From Gekko japonicus (taxonomy: Eukaryota): a stretch of DNA of 64,000 bases. Where the stretch lies: positions 200,725 through 264,724 of the forward strand of contig NW_015163156.1 of the NCBI RefSeq assembly GCF_001447785.1, read 5' to 3'. The first letter of the stretch is position 1, and each line of letters begins with the position of its first letter. The translations under genes and the position numbers were made by a program. A model generated the notes under the pieces. That model was not told the origin of the DNA. It did no database searches and saw only the letters and a list, made by a program, of their open reading frames with translations. Shown one piece after another: positions 37,371 through 50,368 of this stretch.

Positions 37371-40300
37371 GCGGTTATCCCATCTGCCTGTCTCAGCTAG
37401 TAACTAGCAGCAGAAATTGAGCCAGTGCATAGGCCCCTTAGCCCTATATCCTGTTTGACCCAGAGGAGCACTGTGGAGGCTTGTGCTGGCTCTGCTCATC
37501 TCCATTCTCATCTTAAAGAACTAGTAGTTACTTAATAATAGAAGAGAGAACAGGAAAGCCACCTACACAGCTTCCACAGTGCCGCCATGTTTGCCACCAG
37601 GCAGTACTATGAAACTATATGTGTTGGAGATTTTTGCTCTCTTTAATTTAATGCTCGCCAGTGGTTCTGTAAGGCTAAGAGTCACACATGCAGCCATCAT
37701 AGCACTGCTCTGTGACACAGAGCAGTCTAGTGGAAACTTACATACTATTTGCTTTTCCAGCCAGTAGCTGCTGAGAGAAAGCATTTACTATGCACAGGGG
37801 CAATCATGGCACTAATGGAAATACAGCTGATTACTTGGAGGCAGTTATTACATGACATAAGTGAATGCAAAGTTACAGGGCTCAGATTAATGCACAAGCA
37901 TTAAATTCAGAGTACGGGAAACAACTATCAGGATGTACCCTCAGGCTATCTTGATGCATACAAATACCAAGTGGCATCCTATCTTCTTGAAATGTAATCT
38001 CTGGCTGTTGTTCCACATGCTAAGATATTCATGGGCTTCAGGGTTCTGCACTGGCTCACGCTTACTAACACAGGATTTTCTTCACCGTTGTGTACTGTCA
38101 ATAGAAACGTCCTGCAGGAGCATATAGAATTCCATATAATGGTCGTGGTTCCACACACTTGTCCTGAGTCTTCATGAAAGTGAGATCTAATAGACAGCAG
38201 AAGACTCCCAAGAAGCACTTTTAAAATTGTTGCCCATTCACTTTTATCTTCAAATTCTGTTATGGGATATCATGTGTGTGTTGGCTGGAAGATCATAATA
38301 GTTTAGTGTTTGTCATCAAATGCTGAGATCATTTAGTCAGGGATGGGAAATCTGAATGACACAGCCTTCCAGTAAGTAAGAAACAGAGAAGCTGGTTACA
38401 GCATTTTTGCATTTGCTCAAATGTGTAATGAAGTACATGAAGAATAGCAGAGACATCCTCTTGTACAATATACGTGGAGGAAATACCCCTTCTCACAAAT
38501 AGGCCACTGCCTGTACATAACTTGTATCTCAAGCATACCCAAATTATTTAAGATACTGTGCCTTATCAATGCAAAGCAGGCTCTCCAAGTATATCACTTG
38601 TTTGGGAACCAGGAACATACATTCCCACTGTAATCATGTCATCTACCTGCACTGCATTGCTTACACTGGGGTGGACACTGTGATAGTCATGCAAATTTAT
38701 TTTATGTGTGACTTAAGGTGGATTGGGGTCACCAGAGTCTAGAGAGGAGCGGTGATCAGTTTTCCATCCTAATCCTCTGCACTGGGGTCTCATTGGCTTG
38801 AATTTCTGGTCTGACTGGGTATATGAGATCCTGTCAGAATTTTTCTCTAAACTGAATCTGAAATGAATTAGATTTTTCCCCCTGTTTTTAGTCCAGAATA
38901 GGTGATGACCGAGGAGTGAAAAGCACTTGAAAAAATGACCCTGAGACATGGGTCTGTATGTGTGATGGAGGAGGAAAGGGCTGATCTGGAGGGTTTTAGC
39001 AGCCCCTGTCCCTATTTTTTTAGATATATACCTCTGGTGCTACGGCACACTATGATTTACTGTTGACTATCTAAAACTGACAAATTATTTTTCATCAGTT
39101 TTTTAGACCTTTTACTATGGTAACAGAAAGATCCCCTTTCTGAGTTGTGCAAGGGTTCAAAACTTTATTTAGCTATGAATGCTGTTGGGCAAATCTCTAT
39201 CCACTCAGCAGGTTTTTATTTGCAGATTTTTAAAAAACAGAAGTTTCCTTCTGTCAATATTGTGTTAACTCAAATCGCTGAGGGTTGTGTGTGTATGTGA
39301 TTTGTTTCGGCAAAGAGTGTGTGTGAGATGGATGGCTGAGAAGCAGGCTGCATTTACTGATAGGCTGTGTTGTTGACACTGTTGTTTACATGTTTGGAAT
39401 GACACCGCCCCTCAATCTGTTCCAGGCTTATCAAATCATTTCAACTAACTCCTGTACTACCATTAACACTGGTCCAAATCTGTCACTACTGGCAACCTTC
39501 ATCATTTGTCTGAATAGCAAGCTAACCCATTGCAAAACCAGCAACATTGCCAGGCACAGTCAAACAGTTTTATTGCATACTGCAGGAACATTATGCTTCC
39601 AATAATAATAAAAAAACTAAGAGGCCATTCCCTTAAATATTTTGAACATGCACATATATATTTTTTAACACCGTGGTTCTGTCAGGGAAGACATTATTAT
39701 ATTTTGGGCAGCTTGGGATATGAGCTATGTGGCCTTCCTACAGGCCAGAGGAATCTATATTTTTAAGTTGCTGGGTGAAAAGTCAGAGTAATGGTAAAAA
39801 AGCACCAGCCAAAATGAAGTTTTATCCATATTTGAATTAAAGAAAGGAAAGCAAGTCCTTGATTGGGATCCAATTCAAAGCACAGTTTTAGCTCCCACGT
39901 TGTGCAAAGCCCACACAAAATAGCTTCTGTGGTCCTTTGTGGGACATGGAAGGTGAGTTTAAAAAAAAGAAAAGAAAAGCATCTTGTGTGAAAATGCCCT
40001 CCTTTGGCGTACAAAGTCTGTCAAGTTATGTGAATGGGGAAAGTTTTGTAACTGGCCTTAGAGTTTGACATAATATCTCTCAGTTGGAGTCGGTGCTTGT
40101 TACTGTGAATAACAAGGATTTTTCATGCCATAAAAGCGATTGGGTCACTATTAGTGAAGCCCTGATAGCAGTTATGCCTGGATTTTGACATAGGATGAGG
40201 GTTTCTTTTGGGAAAGGAAAATGAGGGAGAGGAGGATGAAGGGTGCTGGTGTGCATGGAAAACATGCCTGATGTTAATCAAGAACTGATGAGAAGGAATG

Positions 40301-43300
40301 TGCCACGACAGGTAGCCCAACAAAAAGCAAACTGTGAAATTATTGCAATGGGGTAATAGACTAGGAGGCATGTGATGTTGGTGGCCGCTGAATGTAAAGG
40401 TGTGGCAACTCAATCAGTCACACAAATTAGAGCCATTTGATTTGCATGGATTAACAAGGGGAGGTCACAACCTAGTGACAGGTCAGTGATACCACCAGGG
40501 ATCAGGAGGCAAACTTTGATTTGTCTTTATTTCTTTCTCCCTTTACTCCATTCTCTGAAGTAATCATGCTGTTCTATTGTAACAGGAGCACCATTGCTGA
40601 TAAAAGAAGTCTTGTCATTTAAATTCATCTAAGTTAGGACCCCACTGAGCTCTGTCAGATATCAATCACAATACAGCAGGGAGATGTTTTCTGACAGATG
40701 CCTGTCTTCTTTTCTTTGGGACACAAGAGTGGTGGAATAAAGGTGAGGGTGTACATGTGTGTATGTGAAATCTTGCCCACTGGTGCTGTTCATATGGTTC
40801 TACTGAAGTTTAATCTGTGAAGTTGTTGCTGATACTTTTAAAAAAGACATTGTTGTTTTTGTGAGAGGAATGGGAAAGATCTGCAGTATTCTTTCCTAAA
40901 ATCTAGTGTAGTTGGAAGAAATATGTGAGGAACACTTTTTTTTTTTAACAAAGGGGTCATCCTCCCTTACCAATACAGTTCTTTCTCTATATGTGAAATA
41001 TGTGAAATATTATACTGAATGACAATAAGAACTGGGTTGTGTCTGTTGTCTTGCTAGTATAAAAACTATGTTATTTCTATTGACTCTAGAAGTGTTGTCT
41101 GCCATCACAAAAACCAAGCTTCTAGATAATGCTTGTAATTTAGCCACCTGAAGGAATACTACACACATTGGTTCGGTCTAATTCTCAGTAGTGTCTAGTC
41201 TAGACTTGATATGGGGGAATTTGAACTGGTCCTGGATATGATGTGGCTAAAGGAACGATTTGGTGTTTGGAACTGCAGTTGACAAGCACCATTTAACAGC
41301 GGCAGTATTCAGTTATTTTTAAGAAAGAAGAGGGGGGATTTCTCTGATCACTGTGTGACATCTGTGAACACACCTGATAGAGTCACATCAGCTTGGGCTG
41401 GTTAGTGTACAAAATAGTCACAACAAATGGAACATTCAGGCAGTGCAGTGAAACTGATAGAAGCGTATTAACTGAGCTGCCAGAGAAGATCAGAGAGTTG
41501 TTATAGGAGCTGTTGCTCTGGATGATCTCCAGAGCCACACTCTGTTGCATTGAAAATAGGATCTAATAGACACTCTGTTGGCTTGGACATGAGTGGCCTG
41601 CTCAGTCATGGATCGTCACTGTCTTTTCTACCTCACAAACAGAAATAATAACAGACTCACAGGGCAGTTGTAGAAAGGACTCTATAAAGATTTGAGGATG
41701 TGTTTGTTTATTTACAGAAAGTAGCAGGCGAACAAAGTTTGAGTCCAGTGCTACTTTGTTCTACTGCTTCAGACCAACACAGCTACCCACTAGAAAGCAG
41801 CAGGATCATATAGGAATTTGCTGGTGTGGAAAAGTGTAGGAATCACCAGTCTATTTGTACTTTAGAAAAATCACATATTTTGGAACAAATAGTGTTCTGG
41901 GACCTCCTTCCGAGAAACTGCTTTGAATCACTTTGTGACAGTGGGTATGTATGGTGTTAGTCACTGGGAGTGACCAATACATTATGTTGAAAAGCTATTA
42001 ACATTTGGTTGTTGTTTGAAATCTTGTATCTGAGAGTTTAGAAATATACTTTAGCATGCCTGTTTTGCTTTAGGTATGCCCCCTGGGTATACCTAGACAT
42101 TCCTTTCCAGAATGACTGAACTGCAGCTTTCCTGAGATTTGTCCCTTTGCTTAAAATTCTACTTGAGTTTTATTTAGTTATGGAGGGCTGCTGGCCCCAG
42201 GATCAACGATGCATTGATTTAAACATTTACCGAATAGCAGGCAGTTAGCTGGGCCTAAAATGCCCAGAGAAAATGATGTTTAATCAAGTGGAAAATGTTA
42301 CCATTTGCATCAGCACAATAAGCACGGAGATAAGTTCTACTTTCAGTTCCTCAGAGAAAATAAATGGCATAACGAAATGCTTTATGAAGTTGAACATCAC
42401 ATTGTACACAAGAGTACATTAAAGCCTTTAGAAAAAATATGGTGCAAATTCCCCTATTATGCAAAAAAAATTATAAAGGCATTCAATATTTTCAGAATAA
42501 GGGAGATACCGTAAGCAAGAAAGGATAACTTTCTGTGTCACTCTGTAACCCCTTTAGCATTTTAGGGAAAAATGCTATTTTCAAATAAGCTTCTGGCTTG
42601 TTAAGGTACCTACCTATGCTTTAAACAAGTGCTTGCAGTTCCATTGATTTTAAAGGGGTTTAGAATAGTGTCACTGATTTGGCTGGGAATCCTGCCCTGA
42701 AGTCAGTGTTGACTTAACTGAGAGACTTTCCTCCCTTATTTAAACTAACGTTTGAACTGTGGTAAAGTAAGGTTACCCATTGATTTTAATGGCAAGGGCT
42801 GTGCTCATTGCAGAGCTGCTGTTCTGATGTAGAAGATGAGTGGTGTAGTGTTAGAGTGCTGGACTAGGGACACTTGGCTTCAAATTCCCGCCACTTCACA
42901 CAGTAAAATCCAGTTGGAAACTGCACTGAAAGTGGATTATTTAGTGTGTGTGTGACCACAGCCCAGGTGTGATCTTTGGCCACCCCTCACTCAGCCTAAG
43001 CTACCTCAGAGGGCTATTGTGAGGACATGGTGTGTGTGTGGGAGAACCATGTGCCCTGCCATGAGCTTTTTGGAAGTAGGCCAGGATAACAATGATAGCT
43101 ATAAGTGGAAAGTGTGCCCTCATGTAGTATTAAAAAGGAGGCTGGATTTTAGTTATAAAACATAAAAATTTATGTTTTAACCATAAATGATTTAAAAAAT
43201 AATAACTGGCAAATATCTTTTATAAGTATTTTACAAGTGCACAGAAAATTAATATAATCATTAGACTAAATTGAAATCCAGTATAAGTGCCCAGTCATAG

Positions 43301-44398
43301 TTGAACTCTATACTGTAAGAGCATATTACAAAGATAAAAAATTATACTAAATGACAATAAATATAACAGTTTAAAGATACTGGGAAATACAGTGTATATT
43401 GACCAAAATAGAAAGTGTGTGGTTGTAAGTTAATGGTAACTGATGACCTCTCTGATAACCACATGTTTTGGTCCCCTTCAGTATTGCATGCCAATGCATC
43501 TGTAAATTGTATACAGTCTACAGCAAACTGGGTTATTTGTATCTGCAGCAAAATTTACATTAGGCATTATTATACCAGGTGGGTTTGTTTTGTATGCAAA
43601 CCACATTAAAAAGAATGGGAGATGAGCCAGAGCATTGCAGTGTTATTACACAGCTCCCGTTCAATTAAATTTCAGTGGATTGTGCCCATTGACTTTCATG
43701 GAATACCCCAATATAGACTGTAGGTGAAATTTTTCATCTTCCACTGAGCCAGTGTACCACATTCTTTTGAAAACCAATCCAGTTTGATTTTGCCTGCTCA
43801 GTCTTCCAGTTCTTGGCTTGTGTGGAAATATTTCCAGGTCATGACAGGAATCAGGTCTTTTGTTATACATCTAAGTTTTCAACACACTTCTACTTTTGCT
43901 CTTGGACAAAAGGGTGTAATCTTTCTAAATGGCCAGAATGGAGTATGATTTGTATTTAACAAATCTTAGCCACAGAGAACTTTTCCTAGGGAAGCTCTGT
44001 TGAAAATGAACGGGAACCGTTTTGGCATCACAGTGTACAGTAAAGTTTACTTTCCACAAATTTCAATCAGCCTTGCCTAGAGGATGTTCTGAATGGATTG
44101 TGCCCATTCTCAAAATGTACTTGCATAAGTGTAGCTTTGTTACATAAATACGTAACTGAAGGAACAATTCATGATAGATGCAGTTGGGGAGCTGCACATT
44201 GACTTACTGTTTACTGGTGCGGTTAACAGATGGGTAAGCCAACTGATCCACAGATGTGCAGCTTATAAATATAAACCAACGTCTTACTGGTGATGTATAT
44301 CAGCAAGTGGCAACAAATTACTTCCTATTTAACTGTGGTAGATTTGTAATGACCAAGTAGCTGTCAATAGAAGCAGTGAACATTTTAACAGCCATGTT

Positions 44399-44433
44399 NN
44401 NNNNNNNNNNNNNNNNNNNNNNNNNNNNNNNNN
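44399..44433. other. N block, 35 nt
   Basis: Seen directly; atgtt on both flanks. Confidence 0.95.
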
Positions 44434-44699
44434 ATGTTGGACTAGAGAAAATAGCTTCTACCTGCTTTTGCTTGGATCCAGGTTACTGGAAACAGTTTTT
44501 TACAGTATTAACACTGATAATTTCATATAAAAAGTACCCCTAATTCTAAATTGTGCTATTTTTTTCTCAGGTAAAATAAAACAACTTTGATCTAGTTGGA
44601 CAGAAACATTTAGTGAATTAGCCTTGATGAATGTCATTTTTCCCAATATACTTTTGAGTCACACATTGATGGAACGGGGACAGGGTATGTGGGAGGGGG

Positions 44700-45460
44700 A
44701 GGAGATGCACATTCTATTGTTATATTTGTTGTTTAAATAATTTAGTTGCAAAAATCTGAAGGCTGCTTTAGCGGCAATTAATTATTCATTAATGACATGC
44801 TAATTGCACGGTATCTCTGAATATTTAACAAAATGCAAAAATATGCACCGTAGTTAAGATCTTTAATGTGCATGGAGGGGGAGGTCTTCTGTCATGGCTG
44901 AGGTTTATTTTATTTTTTTGGAAAGTCTCTTTTTCAGAGGGTTTAGGAAAACTCATAGTAGTGGCCTACTTTCTATTCACTCTCTTCAGTCACTCTTAAA
45001 ACAGCAGGATATAATGTCCTTATCTAGACTTAACAATTGACAGGGTGGCAATGCCTTGACTTTTGTCCAAATGATTTCTCAACACAAAAATGGGTTAATT
45101 ATCACTTTCCATAGCTTTTTGACTAACAAAAGGCCACAGCTCCCTTTCTTCCTTTTCTTTGCTATTTACTGTATGTGAGCCCTTTGAAATGCAATAGTTT
45201 AATCGGTGACACCTTCTAAACGGAGGAATTCTGAGTGCTGAGGCCTGCTGCTATGAGCTCATATTGCCAGACTGTGAACATTACCATGATTAAGAGATAC
45301 GGTCTTTATTATGCCAAAGCCACCCTGGACTAAGGATGAAGATCTCATATGCTTCTAAACAGTGCAGTAGATTGATTCACACACACCCCCTCCACCTTCC
45401 AGCTGATAAAAGCAAAGCTGCATGCTAGCAATACCCTTTCAGATCAATTAGAATTGGAAA
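44700..45460. promoter_or_regulatory. Candidate conserved non-coding element / developmental enhancer
   Basis: Repeat-free, dense TAAT/ATTA and ATGCTAAT motifs (gcaattaattattcattaatgacatgctaattgc). Composition only; conservation not tested. Confidence 0.4.
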
Positions 45461-46029
45461 GTCTGAAGTATAGCAGCTTAATGGTAAACTACCTGTCCCT
45501 CTCTAGGGTGGCCACATATTTCAGGCAGTCCCTTGTGTTTGAATGTTAGACTTTGGAAATGGCTGGCCCTTTTAAGATTTGGATCAGGGACTATTCTGCT
45601 TTGAGAGATCTCATTAGTAAGTGCTTTTGTTTTGAGGTATTTTTGTAAAGTGAAAGACAGAGTTACATGATACACTGCAGTCCAGTCTTTTTTGGCCAAA
45701 TGGCTTGGGAGACATCCAAAATATTCAGATAATCAGGCATTTGGACAAAGGGGAGAACTAATATCCTGAGGGTTACAGTGGCATGGGAGAAATGGAGGAA
45801 ATGGTAAAATCAGATATCACAGACTTTGTTAATAACTAAGACTCAAACTACACTGTTCTCATGTACTACTTCTATTTAAGAGCTACTGCCTCATTTGCTT
45901 GGCCAGTCTAGGGTGGTTGCACCACTGAAGTCTCACGAACCAGTGACAGGATTGCTACAAGGAAATTGCAGTACAGTAAACCAGACGTGTGGTCACAGAA
46001 GATTAGAGAAATTAGAGGAGGCTTCCAGA

Positions 46030-46495
46030 TAGGGTTGCCAGGTACCCTCACTGACACGGTTGGGGGATTTAGGGGTATTCTGGGGGTGAGTGGGATGTCA
46101 CATGTGATGTCACCTCAAAGTGACATCTTCACGGTGACGTCGCATGCAATGCTCTGGTTTTTGGGCAAAAACTATGTTTTTTTGGCTTCAAAACCATAGA
46201 GTGATGTGATGATGTCTCCTCAAAGTGACGTCGTCACTGTGACGTCGCATGCAATGCTCTGATTTTTGGGCAAAAACTATGGGGTTTTTTGGCTTCAAAA
46301 CCATAGAGTTTGCCCAAAAAAACAGAGCGTCACCATGCAACATCACTAATGAGATGACATCACTTCTGGGTGACATCGTGCCAGGGATGTTGTGTGACGA
46401 TGTCCCTGTTTGGGGTGGGGTCCCCCCCCCAGTTGGTTGGCTGGCAGGCAGTGGATCAGAGCCCCCAAAAGTAGGGGAATCCCTGCTGGGACCTA
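46030..46495. mobile_element. hAT (Blackjack-like) MITE with internal ~105 bp duplication
   Basis: TAGGGTTGCCAGG start; gtgacgtcgcatgcaatgctct...ggcttcaaaaccatagagt occurs twice. Confidence 0.75.
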
Positions 46496-48651
46496 CCTCC
46501 AGATGTCAATTTCTGAACAACCCACAATACTTGGCCCAGACAAACTTGACCAGTAACCAGTTTTCTACTTATCACATCTGCAAGTGTGTTGGTATCTATA
46601 GAATCCAAAGCAGCAAGACTAAACTTAATAGCCACAAGAAAGTGGACTCATCAGAGGATTTCTGTAGATGGAGCAGAGAGTTAATTTTGCAAGCACTCTC
46701 CCATTACCATGCAGACCTTCAGTTCCTTTTCATATTTTCCCTAGTGGGGAGTCCCTTATACCCCCAGGAGCAGCATTTGTGGGAGGGGGGAGAGCATTTA
46801 GGGCTGCAGCAGTAGAGCAGAGGTAAGAAAGTCACATTTCACTGATGGAAATTCCTTCTGTTAATGTCAAGTACTGCTCGATCCACAATCTCTGTAATAC
46901 TGCTTGTTTGCCTAGACATTTGAGGCATTGGTTCCAAAATGCCCATGCATCTTAAAGCAAAATTTCACAGGGACTCGGTCCAAGTGACTATACATAAAAT
47001 CACAGACTTTGCTTTCTGGGAAAATCCAAAATACATAAAACACACAACAATAATTCTGTTGTTGACAATTTCACAATAACAAATTCAGATGTTTGATACA
47101 ACTTGACAACAGATTTGTTTTAATACAGCTTTTACTGTCTAATTCATGCTAGATACCACAAAGTGATGATAGATCTCCAGTGAGGCAGTGAGAAGTACCA
47201 TGAGCAAGCCATATCAATATTTTGCATTGGACTTCGGAACAGTCTTTGGATATCTTCTTATCTTACCTGTTATATGGATACCTGTTATTCACCCCAATAA
47301 ATGGTATTTTTACATTTTTGTAGCATGTCTGCACACATTTCAGCATTTCATGGAAGTATATTTCTCTGATTCTGTCTTTTGTAGAATTTTGTTCCTCTAG
47401 GTTCTCCAGTGCACTTAAATCCAGAGCCAGAGCAGCTAGCTGGATACATAAACTTGTAGAATATACCAACTGCTGGTTATAAAAATGGATAAAATGGATG
47501 CAAAACAGAAGGGAACATAAAGTATATATGTCCCAACAGCACCCATTGCCTACCTTTCTTATCTGCCCTTTTCTGATTGTTTATCACTCTAGAAACACTT
47601 GGGGGGCAAGGACTGATTTTCGGTTTTATTTTCTTTCTGCGTCCATGTCTCACTTTCACTTCTGTGCTAATAATGCAGTGTTAGAGCACAAAGGGCAACA
47701 AATCAAAGCCCAGCCCTGAAAGCCCATACTGTGAAACACTGATCCACATTTGCAGATGCTAGTGGGAGTGGTTGCCAGATGGCTCTCTAGTCCAACATAT
47801 GGTCAGCATTCAACCTTAGGTGGATAGATATAGTTTTTGGAGATCGCTTGGAATAAATGTCTGCTTCTTTCTGGCCAGGCTTAGTATGGACTCTTGAAAC
47901 ATACTGCATAAGATAGGCTGACAGTATGTATATATAGTATATAAATGGTCTTTCAGGCGACTGGCTAACAACAGATAGAGCAAAAGAACCTATTATTCCA
48001 AAACACGGTATTCCCAAGCTGTATCATTGTGGCTGCTGCTGTTGTTGTTTCCATTTAATTTGCATTCTTTGGCCTTTAGCTAATGGGTGAGATAACTAGC
48101 AGAGTGTGTATTTCAGGCAGAGTGTATATTTCAACCCAGTTTAAATATGGTGATGCTAACCCTGGCCAGTTCCAAGAAATAATGAGTCAAATGACAGCTT
48201 TGGAAAATCACTGACTTCTGCATAACTGTAATTGTGCACTATGGGGGCCTGAATTGTTCCAAAATTATATTTCAGTACCACAGGAAACAATAATAGTAAT
48301 AATTATATTAGTGGCAATTTGTTTATTACAGCAGACAGATTATACACGATACAGATTAATGTGCCCAATCCCACTCCTAAGGCATTTACCAAAGACATTT
48401 CGACTGCGATCAGACAAAGAGGAGTAATATAGTGGACTGCAGGGAGATATTTAACACTGCAGATAAATTATGGGGATTAGGATATAGTCCTCAAGCTTGT
48501 TCCCGTGGAGAAGTCTCACTGATGCCAGAAGAAATCCTCCATAGAAGAGTAAAGATGTTAACTTGGGTCAGTCTGATATTCTATTACACTACTCTGCTCC
48601 ACACGGGGTTTACCAAACAGCCAGGTATTTTACTGGTCCTGTTTGTAATTT

Positions 48652-49146
48652 GAGAGCCAATTTGGTATACTGGTTAAAGTGCCAGACTAGATTCTGGAAG
48701 ACCCAGGTTCAGATCTCTGCTCTGCTATTGAAACTTGCTGGATGACCTTGAGCCAGTTTGGTGTAGTGGTTAGGAGCGTGGACTCTAAACTTGGAGAACC
48801 AGGTTTGATTCCCCACTCCTCCACTTGCAGCTGCTGCTGTGACCTTGGGTCAGTCATAAGTTCTTTCAGAGCTGTTCCCTCAAGGGCAGCTCTCAGAACT
48901 CTCTCAGCCTCATCAACCTCACAGGGTGTCTGTTGTGGGGAGGGGAAGGGGAAGGGATTGTAAGACGCTCTGAGACTCCTTCAGGTACTGAAGGGTGGGG
49001 TATAAATCCAATCTTCTCTTCTCTCCATCTAACCTTTCTCACAGAGGTTACTGTTGCGAGGATAAAACAAAGGAGAAAAGAACTATGTGGTAGGCTGCTT
49101 TGGATCACTACTGAGGAGAATACCAGGATATGAATATCTAAATAAA
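48652..49146 (+). mobile_element. Older tRNA SINE with a younger Squam3-type SINE (48750-49022) nested inside
   Basis: Two consecutive tRNA-like heads; host body resumes after the (TTC) tail and ends in aaataaa. Confidence 0.75.
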
Positions 49147-49740
49147 GAAACTATTCAAATCTAAGTAGCCACTAAATATATTCTGTTTTCATCTCCAACC
49201 CACCTACTTCAGTACTTGCTTTGCCCCTTCACCTGCCTCAGTTCTGTTTTATTTCAGTAGTTTTGAAAAATGACAATCCTGTCAGCACTGTCTTGGCAAC
49301 ACTAAAGATTTATTTTCGAAATCAGCTTGTTTAGTTTTGGAATTACGGGCTATTGCATTTTTAAACTACTTCTAGAGGGCTTGAATGAAAAACATGGCTC
49401 ATCCAGTGTCTTAGGATGGGATAAGCAGTATGGCATAAATTGATTTGAACCTATGAATTGCTGGATTGGTAACAGTGGTATGTATTTTGTCTGGAATAAT
49501 ATAGGAACAATTTCATAGGTGTAAAAAAGAAGCAACCTTGGATGTGCAGTGAATTGAATGTGCATTTCAACTGGAATGTGGTGAAGAGCTTGCCTGATTT
49601 CTGTATCATGTAGTTCTCACTACAGCAAAAAATACAGGCATAAAAAATCTCAGGCATAAAAAATCTCAGGCATAAAAACTGGGTACAAATTGACTTCGCT
49701 TTAGATGTAGTGAATGTGCCAGACTAAAGTACAACTTGCT

Positions 49741-49940
49741 TCAGGAGGGTAGCCATGTTGATCTGCAGTAGAAAAGATTTGAGTCCCATGGCACCTTAGA
49801 GACCAACATGATTTTCAGGGTATAAGATTTCACAAGTCAAAGCTCCCTTCGTCAGATACTTGACAAAGGGAGCTTTGACTTTTGAGAGCTTATGCCCTAG
49901 AAATCTAATAGATTTCTAAGGTACTACTGGACTCAAATTT
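49741..49940. mobile_element. Penelope-like inverted terminal-repeat pair
   Basis: gtagccatgttgatctgcagtag...gagtcccatggcaccttagagacc...tcgtcagatac, followed directly by its decayed reverse complement. Confidence 0.7.
49820..49859 (-). ncRNA. Minimal type I hammerhead ribozyme motif (probably decayed)
   Basis: Minus strand GUAU CUGACGA A GGGAG CUUUGA CUUGU GAAA UC UU AUAC: both core boxes intact, stem I GUAU/AUAC, weak stem II, 1-bp stem III. Confidence 0.55.
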
Positions 49941-50160
49941 AGTATATGGCTTGGATCCAGCAGTGCACAAGTGGAAACATAAATGTGCGTCATGCAGTTC
50001 CACTTGCACAAAATCTTGTGCAACACATAGTGCTTCCCTCCCTATATATTATAGTGCCCAGAAACTGGTACATAAGATCTTGCACAAGCAGAATTGCAGG
50101 GGGGGGTATACTAAGACTGATTTAGTGCAAATGGCTACTGTGGATATTTTTTGTGAGTAT

Positions 50161-50368
50161 TGTGTGTGTGCCTGGAAGTCATGGTTAACTTATGATGACC
50201 CCTAGTGGGGCTTGGATGTTTCAGAGAGGTGGCTAGATATTGCCTGCCTCTGCATCCCAGCCCTGGTATTCCTTGGAGGTCTCCCATCCAAGTACTTGCT
50301 GGGGTCAGCCCTGCTTAGCTTCTGAAATCTGACAAGATCAGGCTTGCCTGTGCTATCCAGGTCAGGGC
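50161..50368 (-). mobile_element. 5S rRNA-derived SINE (5S-Sauria type)
   Basis: Reverse complement of the 26596 family head; (TG)n tail at left. Confidence 0.8.

Noticed and set aside
47401-47482. Possible exon after ttttgttcctctag (FSSALKSRARAASWIHKLVEYTNCWL*)
   Set aside because: No good donor, phase does not join the 3948 donor, no recognisable homology.
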